From Treponema sp. (lineage in GTDB: Bacteria; Spirochaetota; Spirochaetia; Treponematales; Breznakiellaceae), in NCBI GenBank assembly GCA_031273835.1, contig JAISRD010000188.1, positions 1-36,849 of the forward strand: a stretch of 36,849 bases of DNA, written 5' to 3'. The notes under the pieces are model-generated. The model searched no databases. It saw nothing but the letters and a program-made list of their open reading frames with translations, and was not told the DNA's origin. Positions 26,835-35,598 of this stretch are shown here, one piece after another (position 1 is the first letter of the stretch; the number at the start of each line of letters is the position of its first letter). The position numbers and the translations under genes were made by a program.

Positions 26835-28085
26835 TTAAACGCCGTCCAGTTCGGCCAGGATATGGGGGAAGACGGCGATACAGCGCCTGAGTATGCCCTG
26901 GATGTGGGCGATGGCGACCCCGTAGTTGGTAAAAGCTACGCGCTGATCGGCGGCGCAGTCCCGGCGGTAACGCAGTTCCCTGTCGTTGAGCATACAGGCG
27001 CCGCAGTGGATTATCATCCTAAAGGGAGAAAGATCTTCGGGAAAATCCCCGCCGGAGCTGAAAACAAATTCCGGCCTTTTCCCCGTGTGCTGTTTTATCC
27101 ACCGGGGGAGTTTTACCGTGCCGATGTCGTCGCACTGCCGGTGATGGGTACAGCCCTCGCAGATCAGCAAGCGGTCCCCGTCCTCGATGCGGTCAAGGAC
27201 CGCCGCTCCCCGGACCGCGGGGGCGAGGAAACCCTTGTACCGGGCGAAGAGTATCGAAAACGAGGTGAGGGGTATGTCCTCGGGCGTATCGGCGGAGACC
27301 TTGGCAAAGACCTGGCTGTCGGTGATTACCAGGGCGGGTTTTTTCCCGATATTTTCCAGGGTTTCCCGCAGCTCGAATTCCTTGACCACCACGGCCGCCG
27401 CGTCCGCTTCCAGTATGTCCCGTATGGTCTGCTGCTGGGGAAGGATCAAACGGCCCCTGGGGGCGGCTTTGTCGATGGGGGTTACCAGTACCACAAAATC
27501 GCCGGGCCGGATCAGGTCCCCGGCGATACGGAGTTTCGGTTCTTCAGGTTTAGCCAGGGCGGCCATACGCTCCTTGAGCAGGTCAATGTTGAAGCCCGTC
27601 TTCGCGCTGACCAGGAGGGCGTTGTCCGGTCCCGCCGGGCCGCCGGCAGGTTCCGCCGCGGCGGCGCTTCCCGGTCCCGCCGGGCCGTCAAGTAAATCGC
27701 TTTTATTGTACGCGGTAATCCAGGGGATGCGCTTTTCCTGAAAAAGGGCGGCCAGTTCCCGGTCGGCGGCGCTTAAGCCCGCGGGGGCCTCCGTTACCAG
27801 TACGGCCAGATCGGTCCTGTTAAGAACCTGTTTGGCCTTCCGTACCCGCAGTTCCCCCAGGGGCCCTTCGTCGTCAAAGCCCGGCGTATCTATGATCAGC
27901 ACCGGCCCCAGGGGGAGCAGTTCCATGGCCTTGGAAACGGGATCGGTGGTGGTTCCCTTGATTTCCGAAACAACCACAAGGTCCTGGCCGGTAACGGCGT
28001 TTACCAGGCTTGATTTGCCGGCGTTTCTCCGACCGAAAAAACCGATGTGGACCCGGCCGGCCGCGGGGGTGTCGTTAAGGCCCAT
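26835..28085 (-). CDS. hydF: [FeFe]-hydrogenase H-cluster maturation GTPase HydF
   Basis: GTPase motifs G1 GRRNAGKSS, G3 DTPG, G4 NKSD. The C-terminal FeS motif is CEGCTHH ... 45 residues ... HCGAC (the CxHx(44-53)HCxxC pattern). Confidence 0.85.
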   Translation of the reverse strand: MGLNDTPAAGRVHIGFFGRRNAGKSSLVNAVTGQDLVVVSEIKGTTTDPVSKAMELLPLGPVLIIDTPGFDDEGPLGELRVRKAKQVLNRTDLAVLVTEAPAGLSAADRELAALFQEKRIPWITAYNKSDLLDGPAGPGSAAAAEPAGGPAGPDNALLVSAKTGFNIDLLKERMAALAKPEEPKLRIAGDLIRPGDFVVLVTPIDKAAPRGRLILPQQQTIRDILEADAAAVVVKEFELRETLENIGKKPALVITDSQVFAKVSADTPEDIPLTSFSILFARYKGFLAPAVRGAAVLDRIEDGDRLLICEGCTHHRQCDDIGTVKLPRWIKQHTGKRPEFVFSSGGDFPEDLSPFRMIIHCGACMLNDRELRYRRDCAADQRVAFTNYGVAIAHIQGILRRCIAVFPHILAELDGV

Positions 28086-28087
28086 AC

Positions 28088-28945
28088 TTAGACCGGTATT
28101 TCAAAAACCCCTTCAAGGATGTGCCGGGGCTGATAGGGATAGCGGTTTACCTCCTCCAGTCTGGTTACTCCTGAAAGTACCAGAACGGTTTCGATCTCCG
28201 ACTCGACCCCGGCCTGAATATCCGTATCCATGCGGTCCCCGATTATGGCCGTTTCTTCCCGTTTAACGTTAAGCCTGCGGAGGCCGTGCCGCATCATCAG
28301 CGGATTGGGCTTTCCCACAAAATAGGCCTTCTTACCCGTGGCAAGTTCTATGGGGGCCACCAGGGCGCCGCAGGCGGGTACGATGATCCCCCCCTCAATG
28401 GGGCCGCTCAGGTCGGGGTTTGTTCCGATAAGCCGGGCGCCGCCTTCAATAAGCTTTACCGCCCGCTCAAGAGCCTCAAGGCTGTAACCCCGGCCCTCGC
28501 CGACCACCACATAATCGGGATTCACGTTGTTCATCGTAAAGCCCGCGTCGTAGAGGGCCTGGATCAGCCCCGGCTCGCCTATGGCGTACACCGACCCGCC
28601 GGGCCGCTGGGAGGCAAGAAAACCCGCCGTGGCCAGGGCGCTGGTGTAAAAGTGTTCCGGATCAACGTTGATCCCCAGCCGTGAAAGCTTTTGGGACAGT
28701 TCCAGCGGAGAGCGTTCGCTGGAATTGGTAAGGAAAAGGAAGGCCTTGTTATTGGCCTCCATCCATTCCACCAGTTCAAGAGCGCCCTTAAGGAGCTGAT
28801 TTCCATGGTAGATCACCCCGTCCATATCAATGATAAAGGCCTGCTTGGACCTTATCTGATCAATATCCGGTTTCATATACAAACTATAATCTTCTTTTAC
28901 TCCGGTTTGCAATGCCCCGTTGAAATCAAAAGGCCGTTCTTGCAT
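28088..28945 (-). CDS. HAD-IIA (NagD-like) sugar/nucleotide phosphatase
   Basis: FIIDMDGVIY (DxDG), FLTNSS, GKPNP, GDRMDTDI. The alternative ATG at 28876 would give 262 aa, which is closer to typical NagD length, and it is preceded by a promoter-like element (see next feature). Confidence 0.8.
   Translation of the reverse strand: MQERPFDFNGALQTGVKEDYSLYMKPDIDQIRSKQAFIIDMDGVIYHGNQLLKGALELVEWMEANNKAFLFLTNSSERSPLELSQKLSRLGINVDPEHFYTSALATAGFLASQRPGGSVYAIGEPGLIQALYDAGFTMNNVNPDYVVVGEGRGYSLEALERAVKLIEGGARLIGTNPDLSGPIEGGIIVPACGALVAPIELATGKKAYFVGKPNPLMMRHGLRRLNVKREETAIIGDRMDTDIQAGVESEIETVLVLSGVTRLEEVNRYPYQPRHILEGVFEIPV
28883..28912 (-). promoter_or_regulatory. Candidate promoter giving a leaderless transcript from the alternative HAD start (28876)
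   Basis: The reverse strand reads TTGCAA (28912-28907), 18 nt, TATAGT (28888-28883), 6 nt, ATG (28876). Confidence 0.3.
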
Positions 28946-28965
28946 TGATTTAACTTTTCTTTCAT

Positions 28966-28978
28966 ACTGTATAACAGT
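28966..28978. promoter_or_regulatory. Perfect 13-bp palindrome ACTGTATAACAGT overlapping the likely -10/TSS of the ferritin gene (candidate operator)
   Basis: The inverted repeat ACTGT-ATA-ACAGT lies 25 nt upstream of the ferritin ATG. The candidate promoters are TTGCAT (28940-28945)-17-CATACT or TTGATT-19-TATAAC. Confidence 0.35.
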
Positions 28979-29002
28979 TCAATTAAAACTGGAGTAAAAA
29001 CC

Positions 29003-29521
29003 ATGATAAAAGAATCCATCGCAAAGGCCCTCAGCGAGCAGGTCAACGCCGAATACTATTCGGCCTATCTGTACCTTGCCATGTCGGCCCACGCGGACAG
29101 GGCCGGTTATAAGGGCATAGCAAACTGGCTTTTTGTTCAGGCCCGGGAGGAGACGGCCCACGGGACCCATCTGTATCAGTATATTCTTGAACGGGGGGCC
29201 TCTCCCGTCTTCAAGGATATTAAAGCGCCGGAACTGTCCTTTTCAGGGGTTACGGAAATTTTTGAAAAGGTTCTGGCCCATGAACGGTATGTAACGGGGC
29301 TTATCAATAAAATTGCCGGATTGGCCCAGGAAGAACAGGATCACGCGGGCTATAACTTTATTATGTGGTATGTGAATGAGCAGGTAGAAGAAGAAGCTAC
29401 TGCGGATGAACTCCTTACCAAGATCAGGATGGCGGAAAATTATCCCGGCCTGCTCTTTACCATTGACGCCGAACTGGGGAACCGGACCTTTGTCGATCCC
29501 TTTGGGGGGACCGCCGGCTGA
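29003..29521 (+). CDS. ftnA: Non-haem bacterial ferritin
   Basis: LSEQVNAEYYSAYLYLAMS, ferroxidase ligands in REETAHG and WYVNEQVEEE, 172 aa, with a GGAG RBS at 28991. Confidence 0.88.
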   Translation: MIKESIAKALSEQVNAEYYSAYLYLAMSAHADRAGYKGIANWLFVQAREETAHGTHLYQYILERGASPVFKDIKAPELSFSGVTEIFEKVLAHERYVTGLINKIAGLAQEEQDHAGYNFIMWYVNEQVEEEATADELLTKIRMAENYPGLLFTIDAELGNRTFVDPFGGTAG

Positions 29522-29531
29522 GCTCCCTCCC

Positions 29532-31502
29532 ATGATAGTCGTACTTTCCAGGGGCATTTCATCCTACGATAAAGAATTGGTCCGCATTTATCTGCGGGAC
29601 CGGGGCTTTGCGGTCCGGGACCAGCAGTTCGGCGACGATGAGGTAATCGGCGCGGCGGGCAAGGGGGTCCTCGATCTGCGGGAACTGGGGCTGCTTCCCG
29701 GTGTGGAACGGGTTGCCGCCACCAGCAAACCCTATGAACTGGCCTCCCGGGAAACCAAGGCGGAGGATACCATTGTCAGCGTCGGCGGAAGCGGGGGAAT
29801 GGTAAAGATAGGCGGCTCCCGGATCACCGTGATTGCCGGACCCTGCGCCGTGGAAAGCAGGGAGCAGATACGGGAGACCGCCGCCCGGGTGCGGGAATCC
29901 GGGGCGGTGCTGCTGCGGGGGGGGGCCTTTAAGCCCCGGTCCAGCCCCTATGCCTTTCAGGGCCTGGGGATGAAGGGCCTTGAGTACATGAAGGAAGCGG
30001 GGGACGCCGAGGGGATGCCTATTGTTACCGAGGTGGTTTCCCCCGAATATGTGGTGGAGATGAAGGACCTTACCGATATGTTCCAGATTGGGGCCCGGAA
30101 TATGCAGAACTTCGCCCTCCTGAAAAAAGTGGGTTCCGTGGGAAAACCCGTGCTCTTAAAGCGGGGGCCCTCGGCGACCATTGAAGAATGGCTCCTCTCG
30201 GCGGAATATCTGCTTGCGGCGGGGACCAACGACGTGGTGCTCTGCGAGCGGGGTATACGTACCTTTGAAACCTATACCCGTAATACCCTGGATATTTCGG
30301 CGATTCCCGTGGTGAAGACCCTTTCCCATCTTCCGGTCATTGTCGATCCCAGCCACGCCGTAGGCATACGGGCCAAGGTCGCCCCGGCGGCCCTGGCGGC
30401 CATCGCGGCGGGGGCCGACGGCCTTACCGTGGAAGTCCATCCCCGGCCGGACGAAGCCCTCTCCGATGGCCCCCAGTCCCTTTACCCGGAACAGTTTGAA
30501 AAGCTTATGCGGGACATTGAAGCCCTGGCCCCGGTGGTGGGGAAGGAACTGCTCCGTACGCCGCGGCCTGAGGGAACGGCGGCGGGCAGGCGGGGGGGCC
30601 CGCAGGCGGGCAGCCTCTTTGAGGGATTTACGGCTTTGCCCGTGGCCTATAACGGGGAAAGCGGGGCCTTTGCCGAACAGGCGCTGATGCGTATTTTCGG
30701 GGAAGACGTAAAGCGCAGGCAGGTCCAGTCATTCAAGGAGGTCTTTGACGCCGTGCTGGACGGTTCGGTCTGCGCCGGGGTGATGCCGGCGGAGAACAGC
30801 CTTTCGGGGAGCATCCATGAAAATTACGATCTCTTTCTGAGGTACCCCGATATTGCCATCGTGGGGGAACTTAAACTCAGGATCGTACACTGCCTTATAG
30901 GGGATGAACACGCCCGTTTGGACACGATTTCCATAGTCCGCAGCCATCCCCAGGGTTTTGCCCAGTGCAAGGAATTCCTGGACAAGTATCCCGGATGGCA
31001 GCTTGAGGCCTGCAACAATACCGCCGCGGCGGTGGCCTCAATCGCCCGGGAAGGGGCCGTTAAGGTGGCGGCCATTGCCGGCGCCGCCGCCGCCAGGGCC
31101 CACGGATTAAAGGTGTTGAAGGAAGGGATTGAGACCAACCCCCTCAACTATACCCGTTTTCTTATTATCAGCAGAAAAATTTCCGGCAGGGATGGAGAGT
31201 GGTTCGGCAATGCCTGGGTTCCCCCCAGCCTGGGTTCGGAAAAGCCCAACAAGGCAAGCCTGGTATTCTCGGTCCCCGATAAACCCGGATCGCTTTTTGC
31301 CTGCCTCAAGATCATGGCCGACCGGGGGATCAACCTTTCCAAGCTCGAATCCCGGCCCATTCAGGGAAAGCCCTGGGAATACCAGTTCTACGCGGACGTA
31401 TCCCTCCCGGAAACCGAGGGGGATTTTGCCCTGATCATGGAAGAGTTAAAAACCAAAACCGAGGACTTTAGATTTTTGGGCGCTTACCGGGGTTCGCTTT
31501 AA
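29532..31502 (+). CDS. Fusion protein: N-terminal ACT/ferredoxin-like regulatory domain + type I-beta DAHP synthase + prephenate dehydratase + C-terminal ACT domain
   Basis: The start MIVVLSRG... matches my recollection of the N-terminus of Thermotoga-type regulated DAH7PS. DAHPS blocks: IAGPCAVES, LRGGAFKPRSSPYAFQGLG, FQIGARNMQNF, KRG, CERGIRTFE, VDPSH, VEVHP.P..ALSDG. PDT blocks: VAYNGESGAFAEQA, MPAENSLSGSI, SHPQGFAQC, TRF. ACT block: KASLVFSVPDKPGSLFACL...ESRP. The upstream extension in the ORF track overlaps ferritin and is rejected. Confidence 0.85.
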   Translation: MIVVLSRGISSYDKELVRIYLRDRGFAVRDQQFGDDEVIGAAGKGVLDLRELGLLPGVERVAATSKPYELASRETKAEDTIVSVGGSGGMVKIGGSRITVIAGPCAVESREQIRETAARVRESGAVLLRGGAFKPRSSPYAFQGLGMKGLEYMKEAGDAEGMPIVTEVVSPEYVVEMKDLTDMFQIGARNMQNFALLKKVGSVGKPVLLKRGPSATIEEWLLSAEYLLAAGTNDVVLCERGIRTFETYTRNTLDISAIPVVKTLSHLPVIVDPSHAVGIRAKVAPAALAAIAAGADGLTVEVHPRPDEALSDGPQSLYPEQFEKLMRDIEALAPVVGKELLRTPRPEGTAAGRRGGPQAGSLFEGFTALPVAYNGESGAFAEQALMRIFGEDVKRRQVQSFKEVFDAVLDGSVCAGVMPAENSLSGSIHENYDLFLRYPDIAIVGELKLRIVHCLIGDEHARLDTISIVRSHPQGFAQCKEFLDKYPGWQLEACNNTAAAVASIAREGAVKVAAIAGAAAARAHGLKVLKEGIETNPLNYTRFLIISRKISGRDGEWFGNAWVPPSLGSEKPNKASLVFSVPDKPGSLFACLKIMADRGINLSKLESRPIQGKPWEYQFYADVSLPETEGDFALIMEELKTKTEDFRFLGAYRGSL

Positions 31503-31536
31503 CCGCGGGGACAGCCTGAACGCCGTATTGTTTGGC

Positions 31537-32928
31537 TTATCTTCCGCCGACGCCGCCAGAAGCAACCTGCATACCTTCCCGCAGGGGGGCGCCGTTACCA
31601 AGGGCAATCACTTCCCCGGCGGCAAGGCCCGAAAGAACTTCCCGTTCTCCCCCGGGAAGTTCCGCTCCCAGCGCCACCTTCCGTTCAAAGGCTTTTCCCC
31701 GGATAATAACAAATACGGTTCCCTCGTCTCCGTTCCGGTTAAGTACCGCGTCCTGGGGAACGGCAACACAGCGCCTGGGGGGTCCCGCGCTGATACTGAC
31801 CCTGGCAAACATGCCGGGCTTTAAGCTTTCCCCCACTTCCTGTCCCGAAAGTAGTATACGGACAGTAAAGGTAAAGGATTGGCTGTCCGCCTGGGGGGCG
31901 ACAAGATCGACCGTTCCGCCGTAGGTCCCCCCGGCGCCGTCCACCGTTACGGATGCATCCATGCCCTTTTGAAGGCGCATGGCGTCCCCTTCATTCAGGG
32001 TGATTATCGCATAGAGCGATTCGGTGTCGATGAGGGTAAGTATCTTATCGCCCCGGCCGGCCCGTTCCCCCGTCTCCAGATAGCGGGCCCCCACGGTCCC
32101 CGATACGCCGGCATATATATTCAGTTCCGCAAAGGCCAGCCGGGCGGATTCCAGTTCCTTGGCCGCCGCTTCCAGCTGGGCTTCGGCGGCTTCCAGTTCC
32201 GCCCTAAGGGTAGAAACGGCAAGTTGAACCAGGGCGGCGCTGCGGTCGGCCTCACCGGGAAAGCCCCCCGGAGGTATCAGGCCCGCGGCGGACAGATCCC
32301 TGTCCCGGAGGCCCACGGTCCGTATCTCCAGATCCTGTTCCATGAGCCGTATCTGTTCCGCCCCGCTGTCCAGGTTAAAACGGCTCCCCCGTATCTCTTC
32401 TTCGCTCAAACCCCCGGCTTCATAGAGTTTTTCCTCACCGTTCTGTTTGCGCTGGGCTTCGGCATAGGCCCTGCGGGTCTGGGCCAGTTCCGCCTCGGTT
32501 TTAGCGATGCTCAACAGCTCCGCCTCGGCGCTGAAACGGCCCTCAAGCAGGCGGGCCTGTGCGAGCTTTACCGCCGCCTGGGTCTGGGCATAGGCGTTCT
32601 CCGCCCTGCCCACCGCAAGCTTGATCTGGGGATTGTCCAGGATCAGAACCAGGGCGCCTGCCCGCACGGCGTCCCCCTCACGGTAGTAAAGGCGGCCGAT
32701 AATTCCGTCCTGGGGGGCGGTAATATCCACCTTGGTCAGGAAGGAAAGGGCGCCGAATCCTGAAAGTTCATCAGGGATAACACGTTCCGTAACGGTCAGG
32801 GTTTCAACGGTATGGACCGCCCCGTCGATATTAAGGTTCCCGGCCCTGCCGGCGCAGGAAGAAAAAACCATGCCGAGTAAAACCGGCGTAAACAGGATGA
32901 TTTTTCCCCGTCCAAAAAGATGGTTCAC
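31537..32928 (-). CDS. Efflux/secretion periplasmic adaptor (HlyD/MFP family) lipoprotein
   Basis: GTG start in a GTGA overlap with the OMF stop. Lipobox VFSSC. It has a lipoyl-like half (ITAPQDGIIGRLYYREGDAV ... IYAGVSGTV), a long Ala/Glu-rich coiled-coil hairpin and beta-barrel/MP domains. Confidence 0.85.
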   Translation of the reverse strand: MNHLFGRGKIILFTPVLLGMVFSSCAGRAGNLNIDGAVHTVETLTVTERVIPDELSGFGALSFLTKVDITAPQDGIIGRLYYREGDAVRAGALVLILDNPQIKLAVGRAENAYAQTQAAVKLAQARLLEGRFSAEAELLSIAKTEAELAQTRRAYAEAQRKQNGEEKLYEAGGLSEEEIRGSRFNLDSGAEQIRLMEQDLEIRTVGLRDRDLSAAGLIPPGGFPGEADRSAALVQLAVSTLRAELEAAEAQLEAAAKELESARLAFAELNIYAGVSGTVGARYLETGERAGRGDKILTLIDTESLYAIITLNEGDAMRLQKGMDASVTVDGAGGTYGGTVDLVAPQADSQSFTFTVRILLSGQEVGESLKPGMFARVSISAGPPRRCVAVPQDAVLNRNGDEGTVFVIIRGKAFERKVALGAELPGGEREVLSGLAAGEVIALGNGAPLREGMQVASGGVGGR

Positions 32929-34403
32929 CGTATTCCTCCTTGATGTACTATAAATTCACCCAGCGTTCCGGGTTTTAAATTCAACAGCCGTTCCAGTTCC
33001 CATTCCGCGGTCAGCAGGGCGGCCGCCGCTTCCACGGCCTCCGCCTCCTTCTGGGCATAGAGGAGCCGTTCTTCCATCAGTTCCACCCTGGTGATACGCC
33101 CCAGGGTAAGGAGCAGTTCCTGGAGCCGGTATTTTTCCTCCGCCAGGCCGAGGGCTTTCAAAGCCGAGGCTTTCCTTTCCCCGCTGAGTATCATCTTTTC
33201 CAGTCCCAGCGCCGCGGATCGTCCTACCCTTTCCCGGCTGAGGCGCAGATTTTCCCGTTCCAGCGCCAGGGCAAGCCGGGCCTGTTTTGGGTTCAGCGCC
33301 GACGCCGGATCGGGCAGGGGGCTTACGCTGGTTTGGGCCCTGGCGGTTCTGTCGTAGGGCGGTTCCCAGTCGGCGTTTCCCCCGGCGGAGACGCTGAACC
33401 AGGGGGAGGAAAATTGTACCGTAAGCCCCAGGGACCAGCTATAACGGCTTAGGGGGTAACGCTGACCGCTTACCGTAAAGGAAGCGGAACCCCGCAGCGA
33501 GGGAATCCACGACAGGGACGCAAACTTTGATTCGGCCTGCTTTTGCAGGACACTGTGGTACAGGGCGGCAAGATCGGCGTTCCGTACCAGCGCCGCCCGG
33601 CGGATCAGCTCCGCCTCCGCCTGGGGAGGAGACCGGTGCAGGTCCACGGTCTCACTCAACGGGGGAAGTTCCTCAAGTCCCAGGATTGCGGCAAATTCCT
33701 TTTCCAGTTCCTGAAGTTCCAGCCTTAGGGAGTACAGTTCCAGTTCCGCTTCCTTAACGGTGATTTCCCCCTCCTTAAGTTCCAGGGGGATCACCAGCCC
33801 CAGGGAAAGTTCCTCGGCAAGTATACGCTGCTGTTCCCGCAGGGATTCCAGGGCCGATTCCCGTATGGAGACGATCATGCGCGCCGAAAGTATCTGCCGG
33901 TAAGCGCCCAGGGCGGATTCGGCAAGCCGGGAAGAAAGGCCCTCAATTTCATCCGACATGAGGGTAATCTCAGCCTTTTCAAGGCCCCGGGACATCCGGG
34001 TCCTTCCCCCGTCCCACAGGAGCTGATCAAGGCTGACGGTATAATTTTTCAAAAAGGAATCGCTGCCGATTTTGGAAAGCCTGTCGTCCTCCGAGGCGCC
34101 CAGGGAAAACTGGGGAAAATAAGCCCGTAATCCCAGGACCCAGCCCCCTTCCCGCAAAGCCCGGCGGGCATGGGCGGCCTTAAGTTCCGTTGAATTGACC
34201 AGGACGAGGTTTACCGCGTCGTCAAATCCAAGGGGCCTTTCCTGCCGTCCCGAAGCCTCCGCCACGGGGCGTACCGGGCTTTGTTCGGCGGGGCCGGTGG
34301 AATATGCCGGCGGGGTCCCGCCCGGCGGCAGAAACAAAAACAGCGGCAGGAAAAGCATAAGGCCCGGCCTCCGTCCCGGCAGGGCTTGTCCCAGGGCCCT
34401 CAT
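32925..34403 (-). CDS. TolC-like outer membrane factor (OEP family)
   Basis: It has a signal peptide, the N-terminal motif LGFDDAVNLVLVNSTELKAAHAR and two internally repeated helical/beta units. 492 aa. Confidence 0.8.
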   Translation of the reverse strand: MRALGQALPGRRPGLMLFLPLFLFLPPGGTPPAYSTGPAEQSPVRPVAEASGRQERPLGFDDAVNLVLVNSTELKAAHARRALREGGWVLGLRAYFPQFSLGASEDDRLSKIGSDSFLKNYTVSLDQLLWDGGRTRMSRGLEKAEITLMSDEIEGLSSRLAESALGAYRQILSARMIVSIRESALESLREQQRILAEELSLGLVIPLELKEGEITVKEAELELYSLRLELQELEKEFAAILGLEELPPLSETVDLHRSPPQAEAELIRRAALVRNADLAALYHSVLQKQAESKFASLSWIPSLRGSASFTVSGQRYPLSRYSWSLGLTVQFSSPWFSVSAGGNADWEPPYDRTARAQTSVSPLPDPASALNPKQARLALALERENLRLSRERVGRSAALGLEKMILSGERKASALKALGLAEEKYRLQELLLTLGRITRVELMEERLLYAQKEAEAVEAAAALLTAEWELERLLNLKPGTLGEFIVHQGGIR

Positions 34404-34930
34404 TTTTGTTCCGGTCCGGCGCTCCGGTCCAGGCCCGCCAGGGCTTTTGAAAGGGCAAGCTTCAAGAGCCTGGTGAGTGTCTTGGATGACGCAAGGCTTT
34501 TCTTCCCCGAAAGCACCGCCCGCCCCGCCGACGCAAGCGGGGCCCCGCCATCCTCCTTCCAGATCCGTATTTCCGTGGAAAGGGAACGTTTGGTAGTCCA
34601 GCCCGAAGGATACTCCCGTTCAATCACCACCGTGTCTATACGGTAATCCGCCCCGCCTTCCACCGGGACATAACCCCGTTCAAGCAGCAACAGGGGAAGG
34701 AGCCCCCCGATTTCTCTTTCAAGGGAATTCCAGTCCGAACCCTTATCGGCCTTAACCGTTCCGATCCGTACCCTTCCCCCAGGAAAAACATTACGCCGGG
34801 TCTCCGGGCCGGACCAGCCCTGTCCCGAAGCTATGGGCACATCGAAGGTCGAACAGGCCGTAATCAAACAAAAAACACAGATAAAAACCGGGACGGCGAT
34901 AAAAGCGCCGCAGGTAAAATTCCCCTTCAT
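34400..34930 (-). CDS. Uncharacterised lipoprotein (176 aa)
   Basis: Signal peptide with lipobox LITAC. Mixed alpha/beta mature domain. ATGA overlaps on both sides. Confidence 0.7.
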   Translation of the reverse strand: MKGNFTCGAFIAVPVFICVFCLITACSTFDVPIASGQGWSGPETRRNVFPGGRVRIGTVKADKGSDWNSLEREIGGLLPLLLLERGYVPVEGGADYRIDTVVIEREYPSGWTTKRSLSTEIRIWKEDGGAPLASAGRAVLSGKKSLASSKTLTRLLKLALSKALAGLDRSAGPEQK

Positions 34931-35598
34931 GGCTGATCCTTTGTTTTTCCCGCCGAGGCAATGCGAAAACGGAGTTCCCCGACGCTCCGGCTGATATAAC
35001 TATCCCTGGGAAGCAGAGCCTCCGCCCTGCCCAGATCCTCCAAAGCCCCCGTCCCGTTCCCCCCGGTCCAGCGGAGTTTCGCCCTGTCAATAAACACCAG
35101 GGCCGTCTCGGAGGAATGTTCCACGGCCCTGTCCAGCAGGGCCGCGGCGCTTTCCGTATCTCCCCCTTGAAGGGCAAGGTCCGCGCCGAGCCGCAGGGCC
35201 CTTAAATCCTGGGGATTATCCCTGATAAGGAGTTCCGCCGTTTTGCGGGCTTCCTCATTCCTGTCCGTATCCCGGAAGATCCGGGCAAGAAAAAGAGAAG
35301 CCTCCGCCGAACGGGGATTGTATTTCAGCGCCCTGTGGAAGGATTTCTCCGCCTCCTCAAGGCCGCCGCTAAAGTACAGGGCCTTTCCCCGCAGTACCAG
35401 CGCCGGGGAAAAATCATCTATTTCGGCAAGCATCAAAGCGGCCTTGTCAAAATTCCCCCGGGAATATTCGGCGGAAGCCTGGGCATAGCGGAACAGCGTT
35501 TCCTCACCGGCCTTTTCCCCGCCGCATGAAAGGAAGAAGGCCATGATGAACATGGCGATCCCCATACGGCGGGGTTTTATAAAGAGGCGGACCCTCAT
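34927..35598 (-). CDS. TPR-repeat lipoprotein (223 aa)
   Basis: Basic n-region followed by FFLSCGG. TPR-like units include GNFDKAALMLAE, LEEAEKSFHRALKYNPRSAEASLFLARIF and EEARKTAELLIRDNPQD. Confidence 0.75.
   Translation of the reverse strand: MRVRLFIKPRRMGIAMFIMAFFLSCGGEKAGEETLFRYAQASAEYSRGNFDKAALMLAEIDDFSPALVLRGKALYFSGGLEEAEKSFHRALKYNPRSAEASLFLARIFRDTDRNEEARKTAELLIRDNPQDLRALRLGADLALQGGDTESAAALLDRAVEHSSETALVFIDRAKLRWTGGNGTGALEDLGRAEALLPRDSYISRSVGELRFRIASAGKTKDQP

Noticed and set aside
26862-27741. 277-aa and 184-aa plus-strand ORFs opposite hydF
   Set aside because: They are antisense shadows. The HydF GTPase and FeS motifs fix the minus strand.
29406-29531. 42-codon upstream extension of the DAHPS-PDT ORF
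   Set aside because: It overlaps the ferritin 3' end. The family N-terminus MIVVL begins at 29532.
31879-32763. 294-aa plus-strand ORF opposite the MFP gene (and 31528-31924 ORFs)
   Set aside because: They are antisense shadows of the adaptor gene and are Gly/Pro/Arg-rich.
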